From a virus (taxonomy: Duplodnaviria > Caudoviricetes): 50,104 nucleotides of DNA. This document shows, in pieces, positions 19,077-28,342 of the stretch. The stretch spans positions 1 through 50,104 of IMG/VR virus record IMGVR_UViG_3300030045_000003; one strand, given 5' to 3'. The notes beneath the pieces were generated by a model. That model ran no database searches. It saw only the letters and a list, made by a program, of their open reading frames with translations, and was not told where the DNA came from. The position numbers and the translations under genes are program-made. Positions within the stretch are counted from its first letter, which is position 1, and the number at the start of each line of letters is the position of its first letter.

Positions 19077-19698
19077 GCGGCTCGATCCCTAGCGCCTGAA
19101 GAAGACTCCAGCCGCGGTACATGAGAATGCTGACGGTTCCCGGCTTCAGCCCGAATTTTCTTGCCCAGTCGGTGAGAATCAAAGACTCGCCGTCGATTTC
19201 GAATCGAATAGTGTTTCTTTTGTTTCTAGCCTGCTCGGATCGCGTGGCCAAGCGACAGTTGCCCGGCTCATAGTTTCCGTCTGAATCAATGCGATCTATC
19301 GAATGACCAACCGGTCGTTCCCCCATGTCCGCCAGGAACAATCCGAAGTCTGACCACCTCTCGCAAACCGTGATTCCACGCCCTCCGTACCTCAGATACC
19401 CGTTTGCGTTTGGGTCGGAGCATCGAGACCTCATCTGAGCCCACGAACTGTACGCCCCGCCATGCTTCGCGCGCCAATATGCAGCCGACTTTTGACGATC
19501 CCTCTGCATGTCCGAGAAGGCACACCCGCAAGACGTTGTGCGCCCGTTACAGACTGACTGCGCGAGGATTACCTTCTTGGTGCCGCAGTCACAAACGCAT
19601 TTGACAAGCCTGTAGCGCTTCCCGCACGGCTGGATATAAAAACCGGCGTCACCACAAATCGTCAGTCGACCAAATTTCTTGCCGTCAAGACTTTTCAT
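19066..19698 (-). CDS. HNH-type homing endonuclease
   Basis: KFGRLT, C.CDCG, SCGC, YGGRGITVCERW, SIDRIDSDGNYEPGNCR.AT..EQARN motifs; lower GC. Confidence 0.85.
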   Translation of the reverse strand: MKSLDGKKFGRLTICGDAGFYIQPCGKRYRLVKCVCDCGTKKVILAQSVCNGRTTSCGCAFSDMQRDRQKSAAYWRAKHGGAYSSWAQMRSRCSDPNANGYLRYGGRGITVCERWSDFGLFLADMGERPVGHSIDRIDSDGNYEPGNCRLATRSEQARNKRNTIRFEIDGESLILTDWARKFGLKPGTVSILMYRGWSLLQALGIEPRVR

Positions 19699-19963
19699 TT
19701 TGAGACCCCATGCGCTTGCGCTCTGCCTCCCATACGCGCGCCACGGCCTCGCGCAAGCGCTTCTCTGCTTCCGCGCCCTCAAGCTGCCCGACGCTCACGT
19801 AGTACGCTTCACGCCGGCCGCGGTTCGCCTTGCCAAGCATGCCCATCACGCGCTTGACGTGCTCATTGCGCGCCATGCATTCCAGCTTCCAGCCTTCCGA
19901 CCAGGTGTCGGTGACGGTGCCGTCCAGCAGCACCACGCGAGGCCGAACGCCGTCGTATTTCAT
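19685..19963 (-). CDS. Hypothetical protein
   Basis: 92 aa, coupled start/stop overlaps. Confidence 0.6.
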   Translation of the reverse strand: MKYDGVRPRVVLLDGTVTDTWSEGWKLECMARNEHVKRVMGMLGKANRGRREAYYVSVGQLEGAEAEKRLREAVARVWEAERKRMGSQNEKS

Positions 19964-20190
19964 GGCTCCATGTCCTCAAGCTCAAACGGGTATCGCTGCC
20001 ATTCGTATTCCATCGACCCAGCCCCGGAAGTGCCCGGCGGCGGCATGCGCAAGCCCTTCTTGCGGATCACGCCAGCCTCGTGCAGCACGATCATCCAGGC
20101 GCGCAATGTCGGCTCGCTCATTTCGATCATGCCCAAGATGTCCGACTTCGTGCGCGGGGCTTTCATGAGGCATGCCACCAGCTCCGCCAC
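19960..20190 (-). CDS. Small winged-helix-like DNA-binding protein
   Basis: TKSDILGMIEMSEPTLRAWMIVLHEAGVI pattern; start codon uncertain. Confidence 0.5.
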   Translation of the reverse strand: MAELVACLMKAPRTKSDILGMIEMSEPTLRAWMIVLHEAGVIRKKGLRMPPPGTSGAGSMEYEWQRYPFELEDMEP

Positions 20191-20223
20191 AGCAGGTTTC
20201 TTGCGGTCGCATTTTGCCTTTCC

Positions 20224-20418
20224 TCAGTCCTTTTCGGTATCGCTCCACGGCTTGGCCGGGGCGGTTGTTGGTGCCTTCAGAGGCGCAGGGCGCGCGCCAG
20301 GCGCGTGGCGCATGCAGACCGGCCCTATCGCGCTGAAGCTGGTGACCCAGCGGGCCGTGCAACCAGGGTATCGGCACCGGGACAGGTGCTCGCGTTCGGC
20401 GGCGGTAAGGCGCGGCAT
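20224..20418 (-). CDS. Small Cys/His (Zn-finger-like) protein
   Basis: CRYPGC...CMRH; fills the gap in the operon. Confidence 0.45.
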   Translation of the reverse strand: MPRLTAAEREHLSRCRYPGCTARWVTSFSAIGPVCMRHAPGARPAPLKAPTTAPAKPWSDTEKD

Positions 20419-20420
20419 GG

Positions 20421-20876
20421 TCAGACGCTCGCGGGCTGATCTTCGCTCAGGGCTCCGCGCCACATTTCTCGCTGCTCCAGCGTCAGGCGCTCGCCGCTTT
20501 CCTCCCGAGCCTTGAGCGCGTGCGCCCAGTCCTTGTTCCCAGTGTTCCGCACCGGCTTGAAGCTGGCGCGCGTAGCCGCGATGACTTCGGGGCTCACGAC
20601 GTCGGTCTTTGGCGGCGCGAGCATCAGTTCGTTCGCCCGCGGTGCCTGCCGGCACAGATCGCGGAATTGCAGGACGGTCGGCGCGCGGTCGGCCGGCAGG
20701 TATTGCAGCGCGTAGCCGATGGCTTCGGGCATCTTCTCGAAGCCGCCGAGTTCGTGTGCCCAGTTGCTTTTGACGTCAGTGGCCGGCATGGAACCATAGC
20801 GGCGCATGAACTCGTCCCCGTAGGTGAGCGTGAGCTTCGTGAAAATCTTATCGATCCAGGCGGCGGGGAGTGACAT
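20421..20876 (-). CDS. Replication accessory protein (helicase-loader/P-like)
   Basis: Directly follows the replication initiator; W..EL...APTVLQFRDLC motif. Confidence 0.6.
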   Translation of the reverse strand: MSLPAAWIDKIFTKLTLTYGDEFMRRYGSMPATDVKSNWAHELGGFEKMPEAIGYALQYLPADRAPTVLQFRDLCRQAPRANELMLAPPKTDVVSPEVIAATRASFKPVRNTGNKDWAHALKAREESGERLTLEQREMWRGALSEDQPASV

Positions 20877-21705
20877 CAAAAATCTCCTGTGTGGGTTGGT
20901 TCGTCTTTGCGGCGGGCGCGCGGCCCAGGTTGCCGCCTGTCATTTCGTAAACCCGTTCAGCGGCTAGGCGGTCGTCGCGCTCGCGGAACGATTCAGAAGG
21001 CGCCGATCTGCCCCGAGAGGGGCGAACAGACTCATTGCGAACCCAGGTTCGCCACGTCGCCTGCCAATCGACCTTGCGCGCGGCAGCGCCGGCCTTGGCC
21101 TTCCAGAAGTCGGCGAAGCTGCACGCGACCTCATTCGCATCAAGATCAGGGCGCTTTGATCGGCAGTAGTCGAGCCATTCACTTGGGCAAACCCAGTCGG
21201 CAGGAAGGCGAGAGCCAGCAGGCGAACGCTCTCTCTTCTCTTTCTTTTCCTCTGCCTTTGCTTCTACCTCTGTATCTGTATCTGTATGGTTTGAAAGCGT
21301 TGAATTCTGTTGAGATTCAACATTCTCAACATTTTTCAACTTTCTTACGGTGTGGTAGTAGCTCCTGTGGTACTGGCGGCGCTCATCTTCGGATTTGATG
21401 TCGCGATACTTGAGGTAGTTCACGATCCTCCACCCCCACGGGCGGTGGTCGTCCAAAGGAACGATGCGGCGCCCGTCTTCGCCTGGAGTCCGACTGTAGG
21501 GATCGGGCTTCATGAGCGCGTCGATCCCCTTCTCAATGATCGGAAGGGGAATTGTCGTGCGGCGCGCAAGGGCTGGGATCGTCAAGTCAACCTCGCCATT
21601 TTTGTCGGCCAAGACGATCATTTGCTGGAACGTGACGATCGCCTCCCAGGGGCCGGCCGTCCCGAGCGTGCCGTCGTACATCTGCTGAAAAACCTTCCCG
21701 AACAT
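20848..21705 (-). CDS. Phage replication initiator protein
   Basis: 285 aa; low-complexity DTDTE linker with internal AT-rich repeats; C-terminal F.DFW......K.DWQATWRTWVRN motif. Confidence 0.75.
   Translation of the reverse strand: MFGKVFQQMYDGTLGTAGPWEAIVTFQQMIVLADKNGEVDLTIPALARRTTIPLPIIEKGIDALMKPDPYSRTPGEDGRRIVPLDDHRPWGWRIVNYLKYRDIKSEDERRQYHRSYYHTVRKLKNVENVESQQNSTLSNHTDTDTEVEAKAEEKKEKRERSPAGSRLPADWVCPSEWLDYCRSKRPDLDANEVACSFADFWKAKAGAAARKVDWQATWRTWVRNESVRPSRGRSAPSESFRERDDRLAAERVYEMTGGNLGRAPAAKTNQPTQEIFDVTPRRLDR
21289..21341. repeat. Iteron-like TTCAACA/TGTTGAA repeats, putative replication origin
   Basis: Six variants at 9-10 bp spacing in an AT-rich patch inside the initiator gene; four more at 21705-21744. 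Confidence 0.55.
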
Positions 21706-21850
21706 TCAACACTTTCAACATTGCAATGTTTGAATTGTGTTGAACGATACCGGGCACGTCAACCCCTGACCAGCAGAAACGTCCAGAATCTTTTGCATTG
21801 GATGAGTGGGGTTTTCCGTTCGGCGGCACACATAGACACCCGGCAGGCAG

Positions 21851-21883
21851 GAAAAAGCCCGCTGGCGCGAACGCGAGCGGGCG
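21851..21883 (-). terminator. Putative intrinsic terminator
   Basis: GCCCGCT...AGCGGGC hairpin followed by TTTTT on the minus strand. Confidence 0.6.
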
Positions 21884-21911
21884 AACCGGCGTGAGGCCGG
21901 GAGGGAGGAAG

Positions 21912-22361
21912 TCAGAATTCGATCTCGGACGGGTCGGGTTCGTAGTTTTCGACGGGTGCGCGCGTCAGGCTGCGCTGGTAGGAACGCTCTTTGCTTGCGC
22001 GGATGTTCTCGGATTGCGTCAGCAGTTCCAAGTGACCCGGGCGACGGCAACCCGTGGACTCGCACCGATGCTCGACCTGTAGGCCGCTGGCGCGAAGCTC
22101 CAGGTAGGCCAGATACAGGTCGTCGCGCTCCATCGGCCCCAGGTGGTCCAGCAGGAAGGCCAGAATGTGGGCGCTCAGGCGCTTCTGCTTGCCTCCCAGG
22201 CCGGCAATGCGCAGATCAATCCGCGAGTAGCCAAAGCGGCAGCGCGGGCCGCTCGTGGCGCACCAGCACTCGCCCAGGGCATCGTCGGCACCGTACCATT
22301 GCCATGCGGGCTCAGTGCCGGCCCGCAGCGACTCGGCGGTGACCGGAATCGGCTTCGTCAC
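21912..22361 (-). CDS. HNH endonuclease
   Basis: CW.....GY...AHILAF...VEHRC....C..PGHLELLTQSENI motif; GTG start at 22361 assumed. Confidence 0.75.
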   Translation of the reverse strand: MTKPIPVTAESLRAGTEPAWQWYGADDALGECWCATSGPRCRFGYSRIDLRIAGLGGKQKRLSAHILAFLLDHLGPMERDDLYLAYLELRASGLQVEHRCESTGCRRPGHLELLTQSENIRASKERSYQRSLTRAPVENYEPDPSEIEF

Positions 22362-23235
22362 GGAGTTTAGGCGGGGCTCTCGTCGAACAGCGAGCCGTCC
22401 TGTCATCGACCTGCGGCTGGTCAGGCGCGCCGCCTAGCACCCAGGCAAGCGCCGCAAGGTAGCCGTCGCGATAGCCCGTTTCCTTGGCGCTCGACTGAAG
22501 CACATAGTCGGACTCGATTTCCTTGCGGGTCTTGAGCCGCGGGCGCGCGTCAGCCTGCACAATGGCTCGCTTGGCCTTCGCTTTGGCGTGCCCGGTCTTG
22601 CCGGCCGTCGCCTCGATCAGTTCGCGCACCTTGGCAGACTGTTCGGTCGGCTTCAGCTTGGACAGCACGCGAGCTTCGGTGACGCCGATTTGGCCGCTCT
22701 CGACGGCATCACGGACAGCCTTGGAGCACTCCAGCAGCGCCAGCGTATTCTGGACGGTCAGCTTGTTGACGCCGAACGCGAGCGCGACCTGTTCGTCATC
22801 GCGGCCCAGGTTCTTGAGCCGCTGCATCTTGGCGGCACGCACCATCGGCGGATCGGCCTGGCGGACTTCGTTGGTTGCCACCATGATGCCCATGAGCGTG
22901 GCCGAATCGTCGCCCTTGCGCGTGCTGGCGGGCACCAGCAGCGTAGGCAGACCGGCCCTCTCCAGGCGCTCATTTGCCACCAAGGCGTGACGGACGCGCT
23001 GCCGACCATCGACCACCAGGACATCGCCCGTCTCCAGGTCGCGCGTGACGATGACAGGTTCCAGTACGCCGAACGCCTGGATGTTGCGCACCATCATTTC
23101 GTCAATGGGCAGGTTGATCCGCTCATCGAAAAGCGGGTGCGCGGGATCGGTGACGATCTTGAGCTTTTCGGGCGCGAACGACAGCAGGTTCGTGCTGCCA
23201 TCAGCATCCCACACGTCTTTAGACGATCTTCCCAT
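22312..23235 (-). CDS. ParB/Srx N-terminal domain protein
   Basis: GVLEPVIV...VVDGRQRVR motif followed by an HTH. Confidence 0.85.
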   Translation of the reverse strand: MGRSSKDVWDADGSTNLLSFAPEKLKIVTDPAHPLFDERINLPIDEMMVRNIQAFGVLEPVIVTRDLETGDVLVVDGRQRVRHALVANERLERAGLPTLLVPASTRKGDDSATLMGIMVATNEVRQADPPMVRAAKMQRLKNLGRDDEQVALAFGVNKLTVQNTLALLECSKAVRDAVESGQIGVTEARVLSKLKPTEQSAKVRELIEATAGKTGHAKAKAKRAIVQADARPRLKTRKEIESDYVLQSSAKETGYRDGYLAALAWVLGGAPDQPQVDDRTARCSTRAPPKLRDEADSGHRRVAAGRH

Positions 23236-23245
23236 GTTGTCTCTC

Positions 23246-23443
23246 TCAGTGAACCGCGAGTTCGCGGATGGGTTGCACGGTCACGCACTCGAATGCGTCG
23301 GCCGCCGTGATGATGTTCAAGCGAAAACCAAGCGCCCGTGCTGCCACCCTGAGCGATTCGGCCTGCCCGCGGATTTCGCTCGCGAACTGTTCGGCCGCAA
23401 TCTCCGCGATTTGCGCTTCAGTGAGGAATTGCATCGGGTGCAT
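23246..23443 (-). CDS. Hypothetical protein
   Basis: 65 aa, RBS GGAG. Confidence 0.6.
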   Translation of the reverse strand: MHPMQFLTEAQIAEIAAEQFASEIRGQAESLRVAARALGFRLNIITAADAFECVTVQPIRELAVH

Positions 23444-23462
23444 GGTGCTTCTCCGTCAAGGG

Positions 23463-23708
23463 CTAGACGCCTATGAAGTGCACATAGTCGCGATCTTTTT
23501 GCGAGTGGTGCACGGTATCGATGTTGACACCGCCGAAATCGGTTACAGCGCTGAGCGAGCGCACGAGTCCAAGAATCGCGAGGTCGGCCTGTTCCAGTGC
23601 GCGCCGAATGATTGCGACCCGTTCGGCGTCGGCTGCGTTTGCCGCATCGTCCAGGTCAGGCGACGGGCTTTCCAGGTACTTCAGGGCTGCGATGACTTCC
23701 GGCTTCAT
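23463..23708 (-). CDS. Hypothetical protein
   Basis: 81 aa, ATGA overlap with the Cro-like gene. Confidence 0.6.
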   Translation of the reverse strand: MKPEVIAALKYLESPSPDLDDAANAADAERVAIIRRALEQADLAILGLVRSLSAVTDFGGVNIDTVHHSQKDRDYVHFIGV

Positions 23709-23968
23709 TCGAGACTTTCTTTAGCCCGGATGGGCATGGGCTTGTGACGGCCATTCATGAAGCGTTCCGTCATGAAGCGAGGCTCGGCGGGGCTCCACGC
23801 CTCATCGTCGGCGCGAAGCTCGCCACCCGTGATGGATTCGAGCTTGACCTGTTGAGGGTGCGGAATGCCGAGCGTTTTCCATTCTGAGACGGTGTTCTCG
23901 CGCATGTTCAAAGCCCGCGCGAGCGCCCGTACCGTCATGTACTTTGTGAGTGCTTGATCCATGTTCAT
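23705..23968 (-). CDS. Cro/YdaS-like HTH transcriptional regulator
   Basis: VRALARALNMRENTVSEW...IP...LESITGGELRAD; first gene of the leftward operon, apparently leaderless. Confidence 0.85.
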   Translation of the reverse strand: MNMDQALTKYMTVRALARALNMRENTVSEWKTLGIPHPQQVKLESITGGELRADDEAWSPAEPRFMTERFMNGRHKPMPIRAKESLE

Positions 23969-23974
23969 GCCACG

Positions 23975-24003
23975 AGTGTCGCACGTCCGACACTATCGGT
24001 CAA
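23975..24003 (-). promoter_or_regulatory. Leftward sigma70-type promoter overlapped by two operators
   Basis: TTGACC-17 nt-GACACT, 6 nt before the Cro-like ATG; palindromes at 23979-23990 and 23996-24007. Confidence 0.7.
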
Positions 24004-24036
24004 CCGAAGTATTGCGTGTTTTCGCCGCAATTCCTG

Positions 24037-24065
24037 TTGACAATGTGTATCGGGTGTCCGGTACT
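24037..24065 (+). promoter_or_regulatory. Rightward promoter with operator
   Basis: TTGACA-17 nt-GGTACT; TCGGGTGTCCGG at 24050-24061. Confidence 0.7.
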
Positions 24066-24088
24066 TGGGCACCAACGGAAAGGACACC

Positions 24089-24352
24089 ATGACCGCAACC
24101 ACCGCACTGGGCCGCGTCTCACTCCAGCTTCGCGCCGCCCAGGACGCCAGCGACAAGCTCAACGCCTTTTTGGCAAAGCGCGCGGACGCAGGCCACTACA
24201 TCACCCAAATCGCACGCGACCTGGAAACCGCGCTGGCGCTGGCAGAGGCTTCGCTGCTGGCCGCACAACCGCCGCTGCATGACCAGGTCATCATCGGCGA
24301 GCGACCGGCGGTTGCCGCTTTTTTCGTCCTCGACCTCGGAGTCAACAAATGA
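24089..24352 (+). CDS. Hypothetical early protein
   Basis: RBS AAGGA, ATG 24089. Confidence 0.65.
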   Translation: MTATTALGRVSLQLRAAQDASDKLNAFLAKRADAGHYITQIARDLETALALAEASLLAAQPPLHDQVIIGERPAVAAFFVLDLGVNK

Positions 24353-24603
24353 ACACTCAACCCCTGATCGAGCGCCGCGGTGAGAACTTCTGGCGCAACA
24401 GCGACACGGGCCAGCCCTTGCCGTTCCCGGATGACGTGGAGGCCGCGAACGCCATCCCGCCCGACCACTCGCGCACCTTCCGCCCGGTCTACATGGCTCA
24501 CCCCGTGAGCCTGTGGCCGGTCATCCTGTCGGCAGTCAGCGCCATCATCTGCGCCGCAGTGCTGGTCTGGTTCGCCGTCGATTCAGTGAGGCACCACGCA
24601 TGA
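24349..24603 (+). CDS. Small membrane protein
   Basis: 84 aa with one C-terminal hydrophobic segment; ATGA overlap. Confidence 0.6.
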   Translation: MNTQPLIERRGENFWRNSDTGQPLPFPDDVEAANAIPPDHSRTFRPVYMAHPVSLWPVILSAVSAIICAAVLVWFAVDSVRHHA

Positions 24604-24755
24604 TCGATCACAACTATCGCAACCGATCTTCAGCCTTCACCGGGCGCGCCCCGCGCACGCTCTCCGAGCGCTGGCCTGACATGCCCGTGAGCCGCATGGG
24701 CTGGCCGGGCTTCTGGCATCGGCTTGTCGTTTTCCTTGTCGGGCACTGATTTCGC

Positions 24756-24784
24756 TTGACGGGCAGTCTCGGGTGTCCGATACT
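24756..24784 (+). promoter_or_regulatory. Rightward promoter with operator
   Basis: TTGACG-17 nt-GATACT; TCGGGTGTCCGA at 24769-24780. Confidence 0.8.
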
Positions 24785-24819
24785 TCGTTCACTGAAGCAG
24801 TAAGCAACCGGAGAACATC

Positions 24820-25011
24820 ATGCTGACTATCCACATCAAGACCGACGCCGACTTCACGCCTTCTGGTGCGCGCTCTTTTCGCATTGTCACTCACACGCGC
24901 GGAGTTCGGAAACTTTGGCTCTACGTGTCTGGACGGCGGTATCGCGACCTCGCGCCGACCCCGGAAAATCTCGCCATGGCGCGCGAGTGGATCGCGGCCC
25001 GCACAGCCTGA
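24820..25011 (+). CDS. Hypothetical early protein
   Basis: 63 aa, RBS GGAG after the promoter. Confidence 0.65.
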   Translation: MLTIHIKTDADFTPSGARSFRIVTHTRGVRKLWLYVSGRRYRDLAPTPENLAMAREWIAARTA

Positions 25012-25064
25012 AGAAACAGCCCCTCGCAGGGCTTGCATCAACAACACAACGAGGGCGACAACCC

Positions 25065-26072
25065 ATGAACGACATTCAGCTTATCGAGAAGTCGATTCTC
25101 GACCTGGAGCCGGCTTTCGAGCGGATCAACACGGACAAAAGCATCGTGTTTGCGCGCGAGGCTGAGTTCGCCATTCAGATCATCACGAACAGCAACTACT
25201 GCCTCAAGATCGCGAAGGAAAATCCGCAGAGCGTCCGCGATGCCGTCACCAACATCGCGGCCATGGGGGTGAGCCTGAACCCGGCGCGCAAACAGGCATA
25301 CCTTGTGCCACGCAAGGGCGGCATTACGCTGGTCATCAGCTACATGGGCCTGCTGGACATCGCGATTCAGTCGGGCTCGATCCTCTGGGGGCAGGCGGAA
25401 ATCGTCTATGCCGCCGACCTTGTGGCGCCGTTCGAGTTCACCATAAACGGGTACGACCAGCCGCCGACCCACAAACGCAACCCATTCGCCAAGGATCGCG
25501 GCGAAATTGTCGGCGTGTACGTCGTGGTCAAAACCCGCGATGGCGATTACCTCACCACGACGATGACGGCCAGCGAGGTATGGGACATTCGCGAACGCTC
25601 CGATGCATGGCAGGGCTACATGAAGGACAAGAGCAAGAAATGCCCGTGGGTGACCGACGAAACCGAGATGGTCAAGAAGACGGTCATCAAGAGGGCCTAC
25701 AAGACCTGGCCCAAGACTGAGCGCCTGGACAATGCCGTCCATCACCTCAACACCGCGGCCGGCGAGGGCATCACCTTCGCCGCGTCCGAAACGCCGCCGC
25801 AAGCGACCGCCGGCCTCATCGAGGGCGCGACCAAGGAAATCCCGCGCGAGCAGGTCATCCACAACGCGGCCATGGCTTGCATTGCCAAGTTCGAGACCGG
25901 CGACGAAATGGGGGCGTTCGAGGAAGTCGAATGGGTCACCGACAGCGACGAAATGATGCTGCTGTGGGGCATCCTTGGCAAGCAGCGCGCCAAGCTCCGA
26001 AACACCCTCAAGCGACTGGCCGCTGAAGCGCGCGCCAAGCAAGAAAACATCGACAAGGGCACGACGAAATGA
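25065..26072 (+). CDS. recT: RecT-family ssDNA annealing protein
   Basis: GVSLNP....AYLVP...ISYMGL...RGEIVGVY...PW.TD..EM.KKTVIKR..K.WP motifs; ATG 25065. Confidence 0.9.
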   Translation: MNDIQLIEKSILDLEPAFERINTDKSIVFAREAEFAIQIITNSNYCLKIAKENPQSVRDAVTNIAAMGVSLNPARKQAYLVPRKGGITLVISYMGLLDIAIQSGSILWGQAEIVYAADLVAPFEFTINGYDQPPTHKRNPFAKDRGEIVGVYVVVKTRDGDYLTTTMTASEVWDIRERSDAWQGYMKDKSKKCPWVTDETEMVKKTVIKRAYKTWPKTERLDNAVHHLNTAAGEGITFAASETPPQATAGLIEGATKEIPREQVIHNAAMACIAKFETGDEMGAFEEVEWVTDSDEMMLLWGILGKQRAKLRNTLKRLAAEARAKQENIDKGTTK

Positions 26073-27265
26073 CCGAAACAATCGACCGCACCCCGAGCGC
26101 CACGGCGCTTGCCATCCGCGCCAGCCTGGATCAACTGGACGGCGCGCTGGCCGAGTTCGAGAAGATCGAGGCCGGCTTCGCGGAATTGGAGAAGGCTCAC
26201 CCTGCCAATCTCGCGTGCGACGTGACGACGCCGGCCGGCATGCGCGAGGCCATCGCGGGCCGGGCCGCATGGCGCGATCCCCGCATCGCCACGGAGAAGG
26301 CGCGCAAGGCCGGCAAAGCCCCCGTGCTGGCGCTCGGAAAGGACATCGACGCCCGCGCCGCTGCGATCACGCTTCGCCTGGAAGCCGGAGAGGCGAACTA
26401 CGATGACCAGATCAAGGTCGAGGAAAAGCGCAAGGCGGCAGAAGCCGAGGAAAAGCGCCTGGCCGAACTCGCCCGACGCGAGCGCAATTCGGCCATCCTG
26501 ACGGCCATCCGCCAGCGCGCGTTCGACATGCAGGGCAAGCCGGCGAGCGTCATCAGTGGGGCCATCGTCCAACTGCATGTCGATGGCGCGGCCGGCTTCG
26601 GGCTGGACAAGGACTACAAGGCGCTGGAATCCGCGGCCGTTGACGACACGCGCGAGAAGCTGCGCGACATGCACCAAGCGGCAATCGAGCGCGAGGCCGA
26701 AGACGCCGCCCGCAAGGCGGAAGCGCTGGCGCTGGCGGCGGAACGGGCCGAGCTGCAGAAGCTGCGCGATGAACAGGCTGCGCGCGAACGGGCGGCACGC
26801 GAAGAAATCGAGGCCCAGCGGCGCGAGGCTGACGCGATCCGCGCGAAGGCCGACGCCGAGGCGCGCGCCCTTCGCGACGCCGAGGAAGCTCGCCTGCGCG
26901 CCGAGCGCGCGGAACAACAGGCCAGGATCGACGCCGAACGGGCGGAACTGCGCAAGGCCCAGGACGAGGCCGACAAGGCCCGGCGCGCCCGCGAAGAAGC
27001 CGAGGCGCGCGAGCGGATCGCGGTGCAGCAGGCGGCGGCTGAAACCGAGCGCCGCAAGCAGGATGAGGCAGCGCGGGAAGAACGCGCCCGCGCCGAGGCG
27101 GAACTGAAGCGGATGCAGGAGAGTCATGCGGCCGATGCGCGCGGTCGCGATGCGTGGGCTGACCTTGCGCACGTCTGCGAGATGGTCATGGCCGGCGAGA
27201 AGATCGCCGCCATTCGAGCCGCTGCCGCCGCCGCCTTGGAAAAGGCTGGACGCTCCAAGGTCTGA
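26069..27265 (+). CDS. Long coiled-coil protein
   Basis: 398 aa, A/E/R-rich, coupled to recT. Confidence 0.75.
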   Translation: MTETIDRTPSATALAIRASLDQLDGALAEFEKIEAGFAELEKAHPANLACDVTTPAGMREAIAGRAAWRDPRIATEKARKAGKAPVLALGKDIDARAAAITLRLEAGEANYDDQIKVEEKRKAAEAEEKRLAELARRERNSAILTAIRQRAFDMQGKPASVISGAIVQLHVDGAAGFGLDKDYKALESAAVDDTREKLRDMHQAAIEREAEDAARKAEALALAAERAELQKLRDEQAARERAAREEIEAQRREADAIRAKADAEARALRDAEEARLRAERAEQQARIDAERAELRKAQDEADKARRAREEAEARERIAVQQAAAETERRKQDEAAREERARAEAELKRMQESHAADARGRDAWADLAHVCEMVMAGEKIAAIRAAAAAALEKAGRSKV

Positions 27266-27266
27266 A

Positions 27267-27929
27267 ATGGAGAAAGCTCTCATTGAAAGGCGCGAGCGCC
27301 TCATCCGAGGCATTCGCGGCTACGCTTCGATCCTGCGAGTGCTCATGACCAGCAACGCGACCACGGCGCAACTATCGGCCGTGATGAGCTTTGGTGGTTC
27401 GGAGAAGACGAACCGCATCGCCATCAATCGCCTGCTTCGGCGGCTCGCGCCGGACGTCGTTCACATCGCCGGATGGGCTCGCGAAATCGGATGCCCGCCA
27501 TGCGAGATTTGGGCCTTTGGCCCAGGCGAGAACGCCCCTGCGCCACCAAGGCTGGATGGCAGCAAGCGCACGCGCATCAACGCGGCCCCGCGCCGCCATC
27601 GAATCGAGACGATGACCTTCGCCAGCATCATCATTGCCCTGCGCGACGGTCATTCGGTCATCGACCTGGCAGAACTGTCTGGTAGCGCCCTGACGGCTCT
27701 CTATCCGTTCATGAGGCACGCGCATTCCATCGGCCTTGTGCACATCGCGGAGTGGCACCGCCAGGCGTGCAGCAACCCGCGCCCGGTATTCGTGCTTGGT
27801 GCCGGCCGGGATGCGCCCAGGCCGAAGCCGCTGCCGAAGATCGTGACCGACCGACGATATAACGCCGCCCGGAAGTCGCGCAGGGTCGCCACATCTATTT
27901 GCAGAATGATGGCATCGCCGCTTGCATAA
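27267..27929 (+). CDS. Putative DNA-binding protein with internal duplication
   Basis: Two copies of VHIA.W.R.......(W/F)..G.G..AP.P. Confidence 0.6.
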   Translation: MEKALIERRERLIRGIRGYASILRVLMTSNATTAQLSAVMSFGGSEKTNRIAINRLLRRLAPDVVHIAGWAREIGCPPCEIWAFGPGENAPAPPRLDGSKRTRINAAPRRHRIETMTFASIIIALRDGHSVIDLAELSGSALTALYPFMRHAHSIGLVHIAEWHRQACSNPRPVFVLGAGRDAPRPKPLPKIVTDRRYNAARKSRRVATSICRMMASPLA

Positions 27930-27950
27930 GTCTCGGAAGTCCGATATAGT
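27922..27950 (+). promoter_or_regulatory. Rightward promoter with operator, upstream of the tnpB/CRISPR operon
   Basis: TTGCAT-17 nt-TATAGT; TCGGAAGTCCGA at 27933-27944. Confidence 0.75.
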
Positions 27951-27985
27951 CGAGTCTTCGATCAGCAAACAACCGGAGACACCCG

Positions 27986-28138
27986 ATGATCTATCCGCGC
28001 TATGCCGTCAAGGCCGCATACGACACCGCGATGACGCTCTACCGCACGTACCAGGAAGCCATCGAGGCCGTCGCCCGCGAACTCTGCATTCCGGTCGAAC
28101 AGGTCGAGGAAGCGCTGGCGCCGGAGTCTGTGCAATGA
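27986..28138 (+). CDS. Small hypothetical protein (50 aa, MIYPRYAVKAAYD...)
   Basis: RBS GGAG; translated by hand, below the ORF-track cutoff. Confidence 0.6.
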   Translation: MIYPRYAVKAAYDTAMTLYRTYQEAIEAVARELCIPVEQVEEALAPESVQ

Positions 28139-28311
28139 CGCGCGGCTTTGAACCCTGCATGTGCGGCGCGACGGACTGCCCCTCGTGCGGCCCGGCGCAG
28201 GGCTATGCCGTTCGGCGCGTCTGGGTGCATGGGCGAGGCTATCGCTACATCAACCCGGACGAGGAAGCAACCGAAGATGAGTCGGCCGATCAAATCGACG
28301 GCGCCGACTGA
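28135..28311 (+). CDS. Small Cys-rich protein
   Basis: ATGA overlap; CMCGATDCPSC. Confidence 0.55.
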   Translation: MTRGFEPCMCGATDCPSCGPAQGYAVRRVWVHGRGYRYINPDEEATEDESADQIDGAD

Positions 28312-28342
28312 CATCACCCGAATAGACCAAGGAAGGAAGAAG

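Noticed and set aside
24786-24806. Solitary degenerate I-F repeat (GTTCACTGAAGCAGTAAGCAA; similar at ~33465)
   Set aside because: Only the first 8 nt match and the CTGCC/GGCAG stem is missing; it is part of the duplicated promoter cassette.
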